The position numbers were made by a program, and so were the translations under genes. Source: Vicinamibacteria bacterium (GTDB lineage Bacteria > Acidobacteriota > Vicinamibacteria > Marinacidobacterales > Marinacidobacteraceae). From it: a stretch of DNA of 64,000 bases. Below are positions 16,724 through 26,191 of the stretch, piece after piece (position 1 is the stretch's first letter; each line of letters starts with the position of its first letter). The stretch covers positions 1,760,001 to 1,824,000 of the forward strand of contig OY729431.1 of assembly GCA_963422395.1 (NCBI GenBank), given 5' to 3'. Below the pieces are notes generated by a model. That model saw only the letters and a program-made list of their open reading frames with translations. It did no database searches and was not told where the DNA came from.

Positions 16724-18010
16724 ATGATGACGGCCGTGCTCCCCGCCACCCCTCTCGCCGCCCTCCCAATCGCTCCGATTTCCGCCCCGATCGCGGTAGC
16801 GGTACTCGTCGGCTTCCTGATCGGTCTCCTGATCGGCGCAGCCCTCTACTTCGCCGGCCTGCGCCGGGGCGAGCATCTCGGCCGAACCGAGACCCGCGCG
16901 GACCTCGACTCGATCGCCCGCGCCGCCGCCGACCAGAGCAACCAGACCGCCCGCGAGGCCTACGAGCAAGCCACCGGCCGCGCCTTGGAAACGCTCCAGG
17001 CCGCCGCCCGCTCGGCTCGGGAGATCGAGCACACCCGGCTCGAAAGCGCTACCGCACCGCTCCACGAATCGCTGCGGAATGTGACCCGGCTCGCCAGCGA
17101 ACTGGAGCAGAAGCGCGCCCGCGACCACGGCACCCTCACCGAGGTGGCGAAGCGGCTCGCCAACCAGGTCGAGACCGTGGTCGGCAGCGCCCGCTCCCTC
17201 CGGGAGGCCCTCCGCGGAGACCGGCAGGCGCGCGGCCGCTGGGGTGAGATCCAGCTCCAGACTCTCGTCGAATCCGCCGGCCTCCAAGAGCACTGCGACT
17301 TCGCGGCCCAAATCGGAAAGAACGGGGTGCGCCCCGACCTCGTGCTGCGGCTCCCCGGCGGCGCGAGCCTCGCGGTGGACTCCAAGGTCCCGATGGACGA
17401 CTACCTCGACGCGACCGAGGAGGCGGCAGACCCCTCCGGGCGCCGGACCGAGCTGCTCCGGAGCCATGCGGGCCGCGTCCGCCAGCACGCGAAGGCGCTC
17501 TCCGCCCGCGAGTACCCGGCAGCGCTCGGCGGCGGGCCTCCTTTCACCGTGATGTTCCTCCCGATCGAGTCCCTGCTCGCAGAAGCGATCCGCCGCGACC
17601 CGGACCTGCTCCAGTTCGCTGCCGACCGCCGGATCGTGCTCGCCACTCCGCATACCCTCCTCGGCCTGTTGTGGAGCATCGCCGCCATGTGGCGCAACGA
17701 GATCAGCGCGCAGAACGCCGAGGCGATGCGCCGGGAAGGACTGGAACTCGAGAAGCGGCTCGGACTCTTCCTCAGCCGCTTCGCCGATGTCGGCGCTCAG
17801 CTGCGCAAGACGACCAGCGCTTACAACACCGCCGTCGGCTCCGCCGAAACCCGGCTCACTCCGCATCTCCGCAAGTTGCGCGAGCTGGGCGGAAGCCCCG
17901 AGGAGACCCCGAACGACGACCGGCTCCCCGATCCGGTAGAGATCGTTCCCCGCCTCCCCCGCGGCGACGACGGCACCGACCTCCTTCCCCAACGAGCCCT
18001 CCTCTCATGA
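16724..18010 (+). CDS. rmuC: DNA recombination protein RmuC
   Basis: N-terminal TM helix, coiled coil, RGRWGEIQL, RPDLVLRLPGG...VDSKVP, VMFLPIES and LATPHTL motifs. Confidence 0.92.
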   Translation: MMTAVLPATPLAALPIAPISAPIAVAVLVGFLIGLLIGAALYFAGLRRGEHLGRTETRADLDSIARAAADQSNQTAREAYEQATGRALETLQAAARSAREIEHTRLESATAPLHESLRNVTRLASELEQKRARDHGTLTEVAKRLANQVETVVGSARSLREALRGDRQARGRWGEIQLQTLVESAGLQEHCDFAAQIGKNGVRPDLVLRLPGGASLAVDSKVPMDDYLDATEEAADPSGRRTELLRSHAGRVRQHAKALSAREYPAALGGGPPFTVMFLPIESLLAEAIRRDPDLLQFAADRRIVLATPHTLLGLLWSIAAMWRNEISAQNAEAMRREGLELEKRLGLFLSRFADVGAQLRKTTSAYNTAVGSAETRLTPHLRKLRELGGSPEETPNDDRLPDPVEIVPRLPRGDDGTDLLPQRALLS

Positions 18011-18087
18011 GGCCGACCTTTCCCCCTTCCCTTCTCCCGAAACGCCGCGACGGTCGGCCCCGGTACCCAGATCGTGATTCGAAACCG

Positions 18088-18876
18088 ATGAGCTCCTTCC
18101 CCGAGACCGATTGGCGAGGACTCCTCGAAGTTTTCCTCCACGACCCGATGGACAAGGCACTGGACATCCGGGGGCATGAACGGCGGGCTGCGCGATATCT
18201 GTCGAAGGCGCTCGGGGAAGAAGTGAGCCGAACGCAGATCGAGTCCGCCGCCCGGCTGGCCGATCCCCTGGCAGCAGTCGCCGATCGGCTGCCGATGCCC
18301 ACCGCAGGGCCGAATGGAGAGCGAGCCGTCGCCCCCCGAGACGGGACGCTGACCGTGAACCATCCGATCAGCAGCAAGCCGGCGGCGATGCAGTGCGAGC
18401 CGCTGGACGAGCTCCGAGTAACGCAGGTCATCACCGAGATCGTGAAAGGACTCGAAACGCCGCGAGAGCGCTTCTTCGCACTCTGGCGCCTCTTGCCGGA
18501 GCGTCTCGAAGCGAAGTTCGGCCCCTGGATGTCCCGGCTGCCCGCAGACACACGTATTCCCGACCATTCCCTGATCCATCACGCCGACATCACCGCCGGA
18601 CTCTGGACGAGCCGGCAGGGCGGGCCCGGCGCCTACCTGTCGTTCGCCCTCGGGCCGGTGCAGCCGTTCATCGAGGCGGCGCGCAGCGTGCGCGACCTCT
18701 GGTCGGGCAGCGCCATCCTCTCGTGGCTCGCTTTCGCCGCGATGCGTCCGGTCGCCACAAGCTCGGCAAGGGAGAGATCGACCGGGAAGGCAGATGATGG
18801 GATCAAGCCATCCACAACAAGATTGTCTCCTTCATCCGCGGCGTGGAAGCCAGCCTCGGCTCGCGTTTACATTTAA
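18088..18876 (+). pseudogene. cas10: Truncated type III-B Cas10/Cmr2 (N-terminal ~220 aa only)
   Basis: FLHDPMDKAL, LPADTRIPDHSLIHH and LGPVQPFIEAARSVRDLWSGSAILSWL (Cmr2 N-terminal motif). Homology stops near 18755; no Palm/GGDD domain. Confidence 0.85.
18797..18836 (+). pseudogene. Relic 5' end of a second hsdM
   Basis: ATG-G-GATCAAGCCATCCACAACAAGATTGTCTCCTTCATC reads M(+1)DQAIHNKIVSFI, resembling the common HsdM N-terminus, then breaks off. Confidence 0.55.
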
Positions 18877-18928
18877 CACCGGACAGTCGGACGCTTTCAG
18901 CAGACGCCAAAAGGAGTGAGTCCCGACG

Positions 18929-21900
18929 ATGGCGATGATCACACCCGAACGCGATCTTGAAGAGTCCCTTGTCAAGAAGCTACGGGACCTCAAGTACGAA
19001 TATCGCCCCGACATCCGCGATCGAGCAACACTTGAAGCAAACTTCAGGAAAAAGTTCGAAGCCCTGAATCGTGTCACACTTACCGATGGCGAGTTCCAGA
19101 GACTCCTCGATGAGATCGTCACACCCGATGTGTACGAAGCCGCACGCTCTCTCCGGAACCGGGAAGCGTTCGTCCGCGACGACGGCACGCCGCTCAACTA
19201 CACCCTCGTCAACATCAAAGACTGGTGCAAGAACAGCTTCGAGGTCGTCAATCAGCTCCGCATCAATACGGACAACAGCCATCACCGCTACGACGTCATA
19301 CTCCTGATCAACGGCGTCCCCGTCGTTCAGATCGAGCTAAAGACGCTTGGGATCAGCCCGCGGCGGGCGATGGAGCAGATCGTCGACTACAAGAACGACC
19401 CCGGTAACGGATACTCCAAGACGCTGCTCTGCTTCGTCCAACTCTTCATCGTCAGCAATCGCACTGACACGTGGTACTTCGCAAATAACAACACGCGGCA
19501 TTTCGCCTTCGACGCCGACGAGCGGTTCCTTCCCGTCTACCAGTTCGCGGCCGAGAACAACACCAAGATCACCCACCTCGACGAATTCTCCGATCGGTTC
19601 CTCGCCAAATGCACGCTCGGCCAGATGATCAGCAAGTACATGGTCCTTATCGCGAGTGAGCAGAAGCTGCTGATGATGCGCGCGTACCAGATCTACGCAG
19701 TCAAGGCCATCGTCGACTGCATCGATCAGAACTGCGGCAACGGCTATATCTGGCACACGACCGGGTCGGGCAAGACGCTTACCTCCTTCAAGGCCTCGAC
19801 GCTCCTCAAGTCCAACGAGAGCATCCACAAGTGCCTGTTCGTCGTCGATCGCAAGGACCTCGACCGCCAGACCCGCGAGGAGTTCAACCGGTTCCAGGAG
19901 AACTGCGTCGAGGAAAACACCAACACCGCGGCGCTCGTTCGCCGGCTCCTGTCCGACGACTACGCGGACAAGGTTATCGTCACGACCATCCAGAAGCTCG
20001 GGCTCGCCCTCGACGAGGACAGCAAGCACAACCGGCAGAACATCGCTCGGGGGCGCTCAACGTTCAAGCAGCGGCTCGAGCCGCTCCGGGATAAGCGGAT
20101 GGTTTTCATCTTCGACGAGTGCCACCGCTCGCAATTCGGCGAGAACCACCGGGCCATCAAGGAGTTCTTCCCGAACTCCCAGCTCTTCGGCTTCACCGGC
20201 ACCCCGATCTTCGAGGACAACGCGACCGCCAGGAAGATCGAGGGAGACGTCACCACCCTTCGAACCACCAAAGACCTCTTCCAGAAGAAACTCCACGCAT
20301 ACACCATCACCCACGCGATCGAGGATCGGAACGTCCTCCGCTTTCACGTCGACTACTACAAGCCAAAGGACGCCCCCGCCCTCAAGCCCGGGGAGCCCCT
20401 GGCCAAGCAGGCGGTCGCCCAGGCCATCCTCGACAAGCACGATGCCGCGACCGGTGACCGACGTTTCAACGCGCTGCTCGCTACGGCCTCCATCAACGAC
20501 GCCATCGAGTATTACGAGGATTTCCAGAAGCTCCAGGCCGAGCGCCAGGCTGCCGACCCCGAGTTCGTGCCTCTCAAGATCGCCGCCGTCTTCTCGCCGC
20601 CCGCGGAGGGCAACAAGGATGTCCAGCAGATCCAGGAGGACCTTCCCCAGGAAAAGGAGGACAACCGGCGCGATCCCGAGGGCAAGAAGACCGCGCTCAA
20701 GGCCATCATCGCCGACTACAACCAGCGGTATGGCACCAACCACGACATCAACAACTTCGACCTCTACTACCAGGACATCCAGCAGCTGATCAAGGATCAG
20801 CAGTTTCCCAATCGCGACCTGCCCCGCAAGGGCCAGGAAAAGATCGACATCACCATAGTCGTCGACATGCTCCTCACCGGCTTCGACGCCAAGTTCCTCA
20901 ATACGCTCTACGTCGACAAGAACCTCAGGCGCCATAACCTGATTCAGGCTTTCTCCCGCACCAACCGCGTCCTCAACGCCACCAAGCCTTACGGCCACAT
21001 CCTCGACTTCCGCAATCAGCAGAACAGCGTCGATGCCGCTATCGCTCTCTTCTCCGGTGCGCAGGCTGACCAAGCTCGCGAGATCTGGCTGGTCGACCCG
21101 GCATCCACAGTACTTGAGAAATACGAACAGGCGGTTGCGGCTATTGAGAAATTCATGACGCAAAACAACGTGGTCGCCGAGCCCCGGGGCGCTTACTCCA
21201 TCAAGGGAGATACTGCGCGGATTGAATTTGTGAACCGCTTCAAGGAGGTCCAGCGCCTCAGGACCGAGCTCGACCAGTACACCGACCTCACCGACGAGCA
21301 GCGGGAGCAGATCGAACAGACCCTCCCCAAGGACGACCTCCGCGCCTTCCGCGGTGCCTACCTCGAAACCGCCCAGCGCATCAAGGAGCAGCAGGGCGCA
21401 CCCGGAAGGGACGGCGAGCCGACCAAGCCCGAGGTCGACCAGCTCGACTTCGAATTCGTCCTCTTCGCCTCCGCCATCATCGATTACGACTACATCATGA
21501 AGCTGATCGCCAAGTACTCGGGTCAGGACCCGAAGAGACTGAAGATCAGCCGCGAGCAGCTCATCGGGCTGATCCGGTCCGACGCCAAGTTCCTCAACGA
21601 ACTGGAGGAGATCACCGAGTACGTCCGCTCACTCAAGGAGGGCGAGGGCCTCGACGAGGCTGCGGTCCGCGACGGCTACGAGCAGTTCAAGGCCGAGAAG
21701 CAGGCCAAAGAGATCGCCGACCTCGCTCAGGCCCATGGCTTGACGACCGAGTCCCTCTCGGCCTTCGTCGACACCATCCTCAAGCGCATGATCTTCGACG
21801 GCGAGCAGCTCACCGACCTGATGGAGCCGCTCGACCTGGGCTGGCGCGAACGCCGCGAGCGGGAACTTGCACTGATGGACCACCTGGTTCCGGTGCTGAA

Positions 21901-21964
21901 ACGGCGGGCGGAGGGCCGGCACATTTCGGGCCTCAACGCCTACGAGCATGGAGAGGCGCGATGA
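18929..21964 (+). CDS. hsdR: Type I restriction endonuclease subunit R
   Basis: Nuclease D..LLING.P.VQIELK; Walker A HTTGSGKT; DECHR; FTGTP; MLLTGFD; QAFSRTNR. Confidence 0.97.
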   Translation: MAMITPERDLEESLVKKLRDLKYEYRPDIRDRATLEANFRKKFEALNRVTLTDGEFQRLLDEIVTPDVYEAARSLRNREAFVRDDGTPLNYTLVNIKDWCKNSFEVVNQLRINTDNSHHRYDVILLINGVPVVQIELKTLGISPRRAMEQIVDYKNDPGNGYSKTLLCFVQLFIVSNRTDTWYFANNNTRHFAFDADERFLPVYQFAAENNTKITHLDEFSDRFLAKCTLGQMISKYMVLIASEQKLLMMRAYQIYAVKAIVDCIDQNCGNGYIWHTTGSGKTLTSFKASTLLKSNESIHKCLFVVDRKDLDRQTREEFNRFQENCVEENTNTAALVRRLLSDDYADKVIVTTIQKLGLALDEDSKHNRQNIARGRSTFKQRLEPLRDKRMVFIFDECHRSQFGENHRAIKEFFPNSQLFGFTGTPIFEDNATARKIEGDVTTLRTTKDLFQKKLHAYTITHAIEDRNVLRFHVDYYKPKDAPALKPGEPLAKQAVAQAILDKHDAATGDRRFNALLATASINDAIEYYEDFQKLQAERQAADPEFVPLKIAAVFSPPAEGNKDVQQIQEDLPQEKEDNRRDPEGKKTALKAIIADYNQRYGTNHDINNFDLYYQDIQQLIKDQQFPNRDLPRKGQEKIDITIVVDMLLTGFDAKFLNTLYVDKNLRRHNLIQAFSRTNRVLNATKPYGHILDFRNQQNSVDAAIALFSGAQADQAREIWLVDPASTVLEKYEQAVAAIEKFMTQNNVVAEPRGAYSIKGDTARIEFVNRFKEVQRLRTELDQYTDLTDEQREQIEQTLPKDDLRAFRGAYLETAQRIKEQQGAPGRDGEPTKPEVDQLDFEFVLFASAIIDYDYIMKLIAKYSGQDPKRLKISREQLIGLIRSDAKFLNELEEITEYVRSLKEGEGLDEAAVRDGYEQFKAEKQAKEIADLAQAHGLTTESLSAFVDTILKRMIFDGEQLTDLMEPLDLGWRERRERELALMDHLVPVLKRRAEGRHISGLNAYEHGEAR

Positions 21965-23217
21965 CGGCCCACAAGCCATTGCACCTTGTGCCGCAGCTGC
22001 GGTTTCCGGAGTTTCGAGACGACCCAAGCTGGTCGGCTCCGCAATTCGCTGATCTGTATGACTTCAAGCGCACCAACACACTGTCGAGAGACAAACTCAA
22101 CTACGAAACCGGAACGATCAGGAATATTCACTACGGCGATATTCACACCAAGTTCAAGCCTCTTTTCCGAGTGGATGATGAGTATGTGCCATATGTCAAT
22201 GCAGATGACTCATCTAACGAATTTGATGATGACGCATTTTGTGAAATAGGTGACATAGTATTTGCCGACGCCTCTGAAGACCTCGACGACGTAGGGAAAG
22301 CAATCGAAGTTGTTTCGCTAGACGGAGAACGGGTCGTCGCTGGTACGCACACCATTCTAGGAACAAGGCGAGAGAGCGTTCCTGTCGTTGGCTTTGGCGG
22401 GCAACTATTCCAGTCCGTTGCTGTTCGTTCTGGGATAAAGAAAGAAGCTCAGGGCACGAAGGTCTACGGCATATCAGCGAAGCGAATTTCGGCCGTTCCG
22501 ATTCCAATCCCGCCGACAGTGGTCGAGCAGAAGAAGATCGCCGACTGCCTCGGCTCGCTGGACGACCTGATTGCGGCGGAGGGCCAAAAGCTCGACGCCC
22601 TGCGACAGCACAAACAAGGACTGATGCAACTTCTCTTCCCCCAGCCCGGCGCGACTGTGCCCCGGCTGCGATTTCCGGAGTTCCGAGATACGCCAGTGTG
22701 GGCGCAAACCCCTCTCGGCGACGCGTTCAAAACTATCACAAATGGGCAAGAAAACGCACAAGACCACCAAGAGGATGGTGCTTACCCCCTGTTCGACCGT
22801 TCCGAGTTAGTTAAGCGATCGCCGACGTTCCTATTCGATGCCGAGGCTGTGATCCTGCCGGGTGAGGGGATGAGATTCCAACCCCGATACTTCAACGGTA
22901 AATTCAATTTGCATCAGAGAGCTTACGCGCTCATGGAACCAACGCTAGACCCGCGCTTCGCTTTCCAAGCATTGGACAGGTTTAAGGGAGCACTTGCAGA
23001 CAGCGCTGTTAAGTCGACTGTGCTGTCGCTGAGGATGCCGATCATTGAAAAGTTCGCTATCCCTTGCCCGACGATTGACGCAGAACAGCAGAAGATCGCC
23101 GACTGCCTCGGTTCGCTGGACGACCTGATCGCGGCGGAGGGCCGGAAGCTCGACGCCCTGCGGCAGCACAAGCAGGGGCTGATGCAGAAGCTCTTTCCCT
23201 CGCTGGACGGGCAGTGA
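21961..23217 (+). CDS. hsdS: Type I R-M specificity subunit S
   Basis: Two AT-richer TRDs separated by duplicated conserved regions (VPQLRFPEF / VPRLRFPEF; EQ.KIADCLGSLDDLIAAEG.KLDALRQHKQGLMQ.LFP). Confidence 0.95.
   Translation: MTAHKPLHLVPQLRFPEFRDDPSWSAPQFADLYDFKRTNTLSRDKLNYETGTIRNIHYGDIHTKFKPLFRVDDEYVPYVNADDSSNEFDDDAFCEIGDIVFADASEDLDDVGKAIEVVSLDGERVVAGTHTILGTRRESVPVVGFGGQLFQSVAVRSGIKKEAQGTKVYGISAKRISAVPIPIPPTVVEQKKIADCLGSLDDLIAAEGQKLDALRQHKQGLMQLLFPQPGATVPRLRFPEFRDTPVWAQTPLGDAFKTITNGQENAQDHQEDGAYPLFDRSELVKRSPTFLFDAEAVILPGEGMRFQPRYFNGKFNLHQRAYALMEPTLDPRFAFQALDRFKGALADSAVKSTVLSLRMPIIEKFAIPCPTIDAEQQKIADCLGSLDDLIAAEGRKLDALRQHKQGLMQKLFPSLDGQ
22528..23198 (+). repeat. hsdS conserved-region direct repeats (22528-22640 and 23086-23198)
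   Basis: Near-identical ~113-nt blocks encoding the coiled-coil spacer. Confidence 0.85.
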
Positions 23218-23220
23218 GTC

Positions 23221-24426
23221 ATGAGCGACGCAACCACGTTCAAGGACCTCGACGCCCTCGCCGCACACCTGCGGCAAGAGCTGGAGAACAAGAAGTTCAT
23301 CCTGCTCTACGCCTATAACGGCACGGGCAAGACCCGGCTGTCCACCGCCTTCAAGAACCTCGGCAAAGGCGTGAACACCGATGACGAGACGGAACAGCGC
23401 GACACGCTCTACTTCAACGCCTTCACCGAAGACCTGTTCTCGTGGGACAACGATTTGGAGAATGACAGTGAGCGGAAGCTGACGCTCAACACGGATTCGA
23501 GCTTCTTCGCCGGTCTCGAGTCGATGGAGATGGACAACCGAATCCGTACCCTGCTCGACCGCTACGCCGACTTCGAGTTCCGAATTGACACCACGACCTG
23601 GGAGGTGGCCTTCGCCCGAGAGTTCAGAGTGAAGAAGGATGGCGCCGCCGGCGACGAGGCCGACAGCGCGGACGCGGGACGCGGTGAGAGCGGAGACGAG
23701 TACGAAACCCGCCGCGAGGAGGCCATCAAGATCTCCCGTGGCGAGGAGAATATCTTCATCTGGTGCTTCTTCCTCACCATTGTCGAGCTTGCGCTCGATG
23801 ACGATGGAGCCGGTCCCTACAACTGGGTCAAGCACATCTATATTGACGATCCGATCTCATCGCTCGACGAGCACAACGCCATCGCCGTGGCAAATCATCT
23901 GGCGATGCTGCTCAAGAAGCCGAAGAGTGGGCTCAAGACGGTGATTTCGACGCATCACACGCTGTTCTTCAACGTGCTTTGCAACGAGCTGAATAGGGCG
24001 AATAAGTACTTTCTCAGCCGCGACGGGTCGCCGGAGGGGCTTCTCCTGCGCAAGACCGGGGATACGCCATTTTTCCACCATGTGGCCGCGCTCGCTGAGC
24101 TCTACAAGGTAGAACGCGATGGCAGGCTGTACACCCATCACTTCAACCTGCTCCGCGCAATCCTCGAGAAGACCGCAAGTTTTCATGGCTACGAGAGCTT
24201 CTCCGTATGCATCAAGCGCGACGCTGACGATGAAGACGGCATCCTTCACACACGGTTGATCAACATCCTCAGCCACGGTAAATATTCATTGTTCGAGCCG
24301 CAGGAGATGCTGGAGGAGAACAAACGCTACTTTCGGAAGATCCTCCGCGAGTTCATCAGCCGGTACCCCTTCAACCCCGCCTTGTTTCCTAGTGAGCCGG
24401 CAGAGTCAGTGAATGACCCGACATGA
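23221..24426 (+). CDS. prrC: PrrC anticodon nuclease (ABC ATPase plus HEPN)
   Basis: YAYNGTGKTRLS, YFNAFTEDLF, ISRGEE, YIDDPISSLD, STHH, LLRAILEKTASF and INILSH mirror E. coli PrrC; located between hsdS and hsdM. Confidence 0.9.
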   Translation: MSDATTFKDLDALAAHLRQELENKKFILLYAYNGTGKTRLSTAFKNLGKGVNTDDETEQRDTLYFNAFTEDLFSWDNDLENDSERKLTLNTDSSFFAGLESMEMDNRIRTLLDRYADFEFRIDTTTWEVAFAREFRVKKDGAAGDEADSADAGRGESGDEYETRREEAIKISRGEENIFIWCFFLTIVELALDDDGAGPYNWVKHIYIDDPISSLDEHNAIAVANHLAMLLKKPKSGLKTVISTHHTLFFNVLCNELNRANKYFLSRDGSPEGLLLRKTGDTPFFHHVAALAELYKVERDGRLYTHHFNLLRAILEKTASFHGYESFSVCIKRDADDEDGILHTRLINILSHGKYSLFEPQEMLEENKRYFRKILREFISRYPFNPALFPSEPAESVNDPT

Positions 24427-26051
24427 CTGAACAGAACCAGAAACAGCTTGGCAAGACGCTCTGGGCCATCGCCGATCAACTCCGCGGGGCGATGAACGCG
24501 GACGACTTTCGCAACTATATGCTCGCGTTCCTGTTTCTCCGCTACCTCTCGGACAACTACGAACAGGCTGCAAAGAAGGAACTCGGGCGCGACTATCCTG
24601 ACCCGAACGCTATCGGCAACAGCGGGCGGTCCTCCTTGTCTGTCTGGTACGACCAGAACCCCGACGATGTGTCGGTGTTCGAGAAACAGATGCGGCTCAA
24701 AGCCCATTACGTTATCCGCCCCGAGCACCTCTGGGTCAGCGTCGCCCACATGGCCCACAAACAGGATGACGAGCTGCTCCACACGCTCCAGGCAGGCTTC
24801 AAGTACATCGAGAACGAATCTTTCCAGAGCACGTTCTCCGGGCTTTTCTCGGAAATCAATCTCAGTTCCGACAAACTCGGCAAGAGCTATCCCGACCAGA
24901 ACGCGAAGCTCTGCACGATCATCACCAGAATAGCCAAGGACCTCGCGGAATGCTCCACGGACGGCGACACGCTAGGCGACGCCTACGAGTATCTGATCGG
25001 CCAGTTCGCCGCGGGATCGGGGAAGAAGGCAGGTGAGTTCTACACGCCGCAGCAGATCTCGGACATCCTCTCCGAGATCGTCGCGCTCGACAGCCAGGAG
25101 CCGAAGACCGGCAAGCGGAAACCCCTCGCCAGCGTGATGGACTTCGCCTGCGGATCGGGCTCGCTGTTGCTCAATGTGCGCAAGCGCATGGGACCGCACG
25201 GCATCGGCAGGATCTACGGGCAGGAGAAGAACATCACCACCTATAACCTCGCGCGGATGAACATGCTGCTGCACGGGGTGAAGGACTTGGAGTTCGAGAT
25301 CTATCACGGCGACACGCTGACCAACGACTGGGACATGCTCCGCGAGACGAACCCGGCAAAGAAGCCCTATTTCGACGCCGTGGTCGCCAACCCACCCTTC
25401 AGCTACCGCTGGGGCCCGAACGAGGCGTTGGGCGAGGACGTGCGCTTCAAGAACTACGGGCTGGCCCCGAAGTCGGCGGCGGACTTCGCGTTCCTGTTGC
25501 ACGGGTTTCACTACCTCAAGGACGACGGTGTGATGGCGATCATCCTGCCGCACGGCGTGCTGTTCCGTGGCGGCGCGGAGGCGAAGATCCGCCGCAAGCT
25601 CCTTGTCGACGGGCACATCGACACCGTCGTGGGCCTGCCGGCAAACCTGTTCTACTCGACCGGCATCCCGGTCTGCATCCTCGTCCTGAAGAAGTGCAAG
25701 AAACCCGATGATGTCCTGTTCATCAACGCGTCCGAGCATTTCGAGAAGGGCAAGCGGCAAAACTACCTGTCCGACGAGCATATCGAGAAGATCATCGACA
25801 CCTACCAGCAGCGTCCGGAGAGCATCGAGCGGTATGCCAGACGCGTGGAGATGGACGAGATTGAGGCCAACGACTGCAACCTGAATATCTCCCGCTATGT
25901 CAGCACGGCCGAGCCGGAAGTCGAGATCGATCTGGCGGCCGCGCATGAAGGGTTGGTCGAGATCGAGAGGCAGATTCAGGAGTCAACGACGAAGCACAAC
26001 GCGTTTCTGAAGGAACTTGGACTATCGCCATTGCCAGCGCCCGACAAGTAA
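24423..26051 (+). CDS. hsdM: Type I R-M methyltransferase subunit M
   Basis: LWAIADQLRG, GEFYTP, DFACGSG, ANPPFS and LPHGVLFRG motifs. Confidence 0.97.
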   Translation: MTEQNQKQLGKTLWAIADQLRGAMNADDFRNYMLAFLFLRYLSDNYEQAAKKELGRDYPDPNAIGNSGRSSLSVWYDQNPDDVSVFEKQMRLKAHYVIRPEHLWVSVAHMAHKQDDELLHTLQAGFKYIENESFQSTFSGLFSEINLSSDKLGKSYPDQNAKLCTIITRIAKDLAECSTDGDTLGDAYEYLIGQFAAGSGKKAGEFYTPQQISDILSEIVALDSQEPKTGKRKPLASVMDFACGSGSLLLNVRKRMGPHGIGRIYGQEKNITTYNLARMNMLLHGVKDLEFEIYHGDTLTNDWDMLRETNPAKKPYFDAVVANPPFSYRWGPNEALGEDVRFKNYGLAPKSAADFAFLLHGFHYLKDDGVMAIILPHGVLFRGGAEAKIRRKLLVDGHIDTVVGLPANLFYSTGIPVCILVLKKCKKPDDVLFINASEHFEKGKRQNYLSDEHIEKIIDTYQQRPESIERYARRVEMDEIEANDCNLNISRYVSTAEPEVEIDLAAAHEGLVEIERQIQESTTKHNAFLKELGLSPLPAPDK

Positions 26052-26191
26052 TCGAAGCTATCCCTCCCACAACCCTTGCGACGCCGGAGCATTGCGACGA
26101 GCCGGAAATCAAGGCCCTCCAAACACAATACCGATGTCGCGACGGGCCGCGCGCTCGATCCGACAGCCCCCAAAGTCCGACAGACTGCTAG

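Noticed and set aside
17671-18006. Upstream part of the 401-aa cas10 ORF
   Set aside because: Overlaps rmuC out of frame and has no Cas10 similarity.
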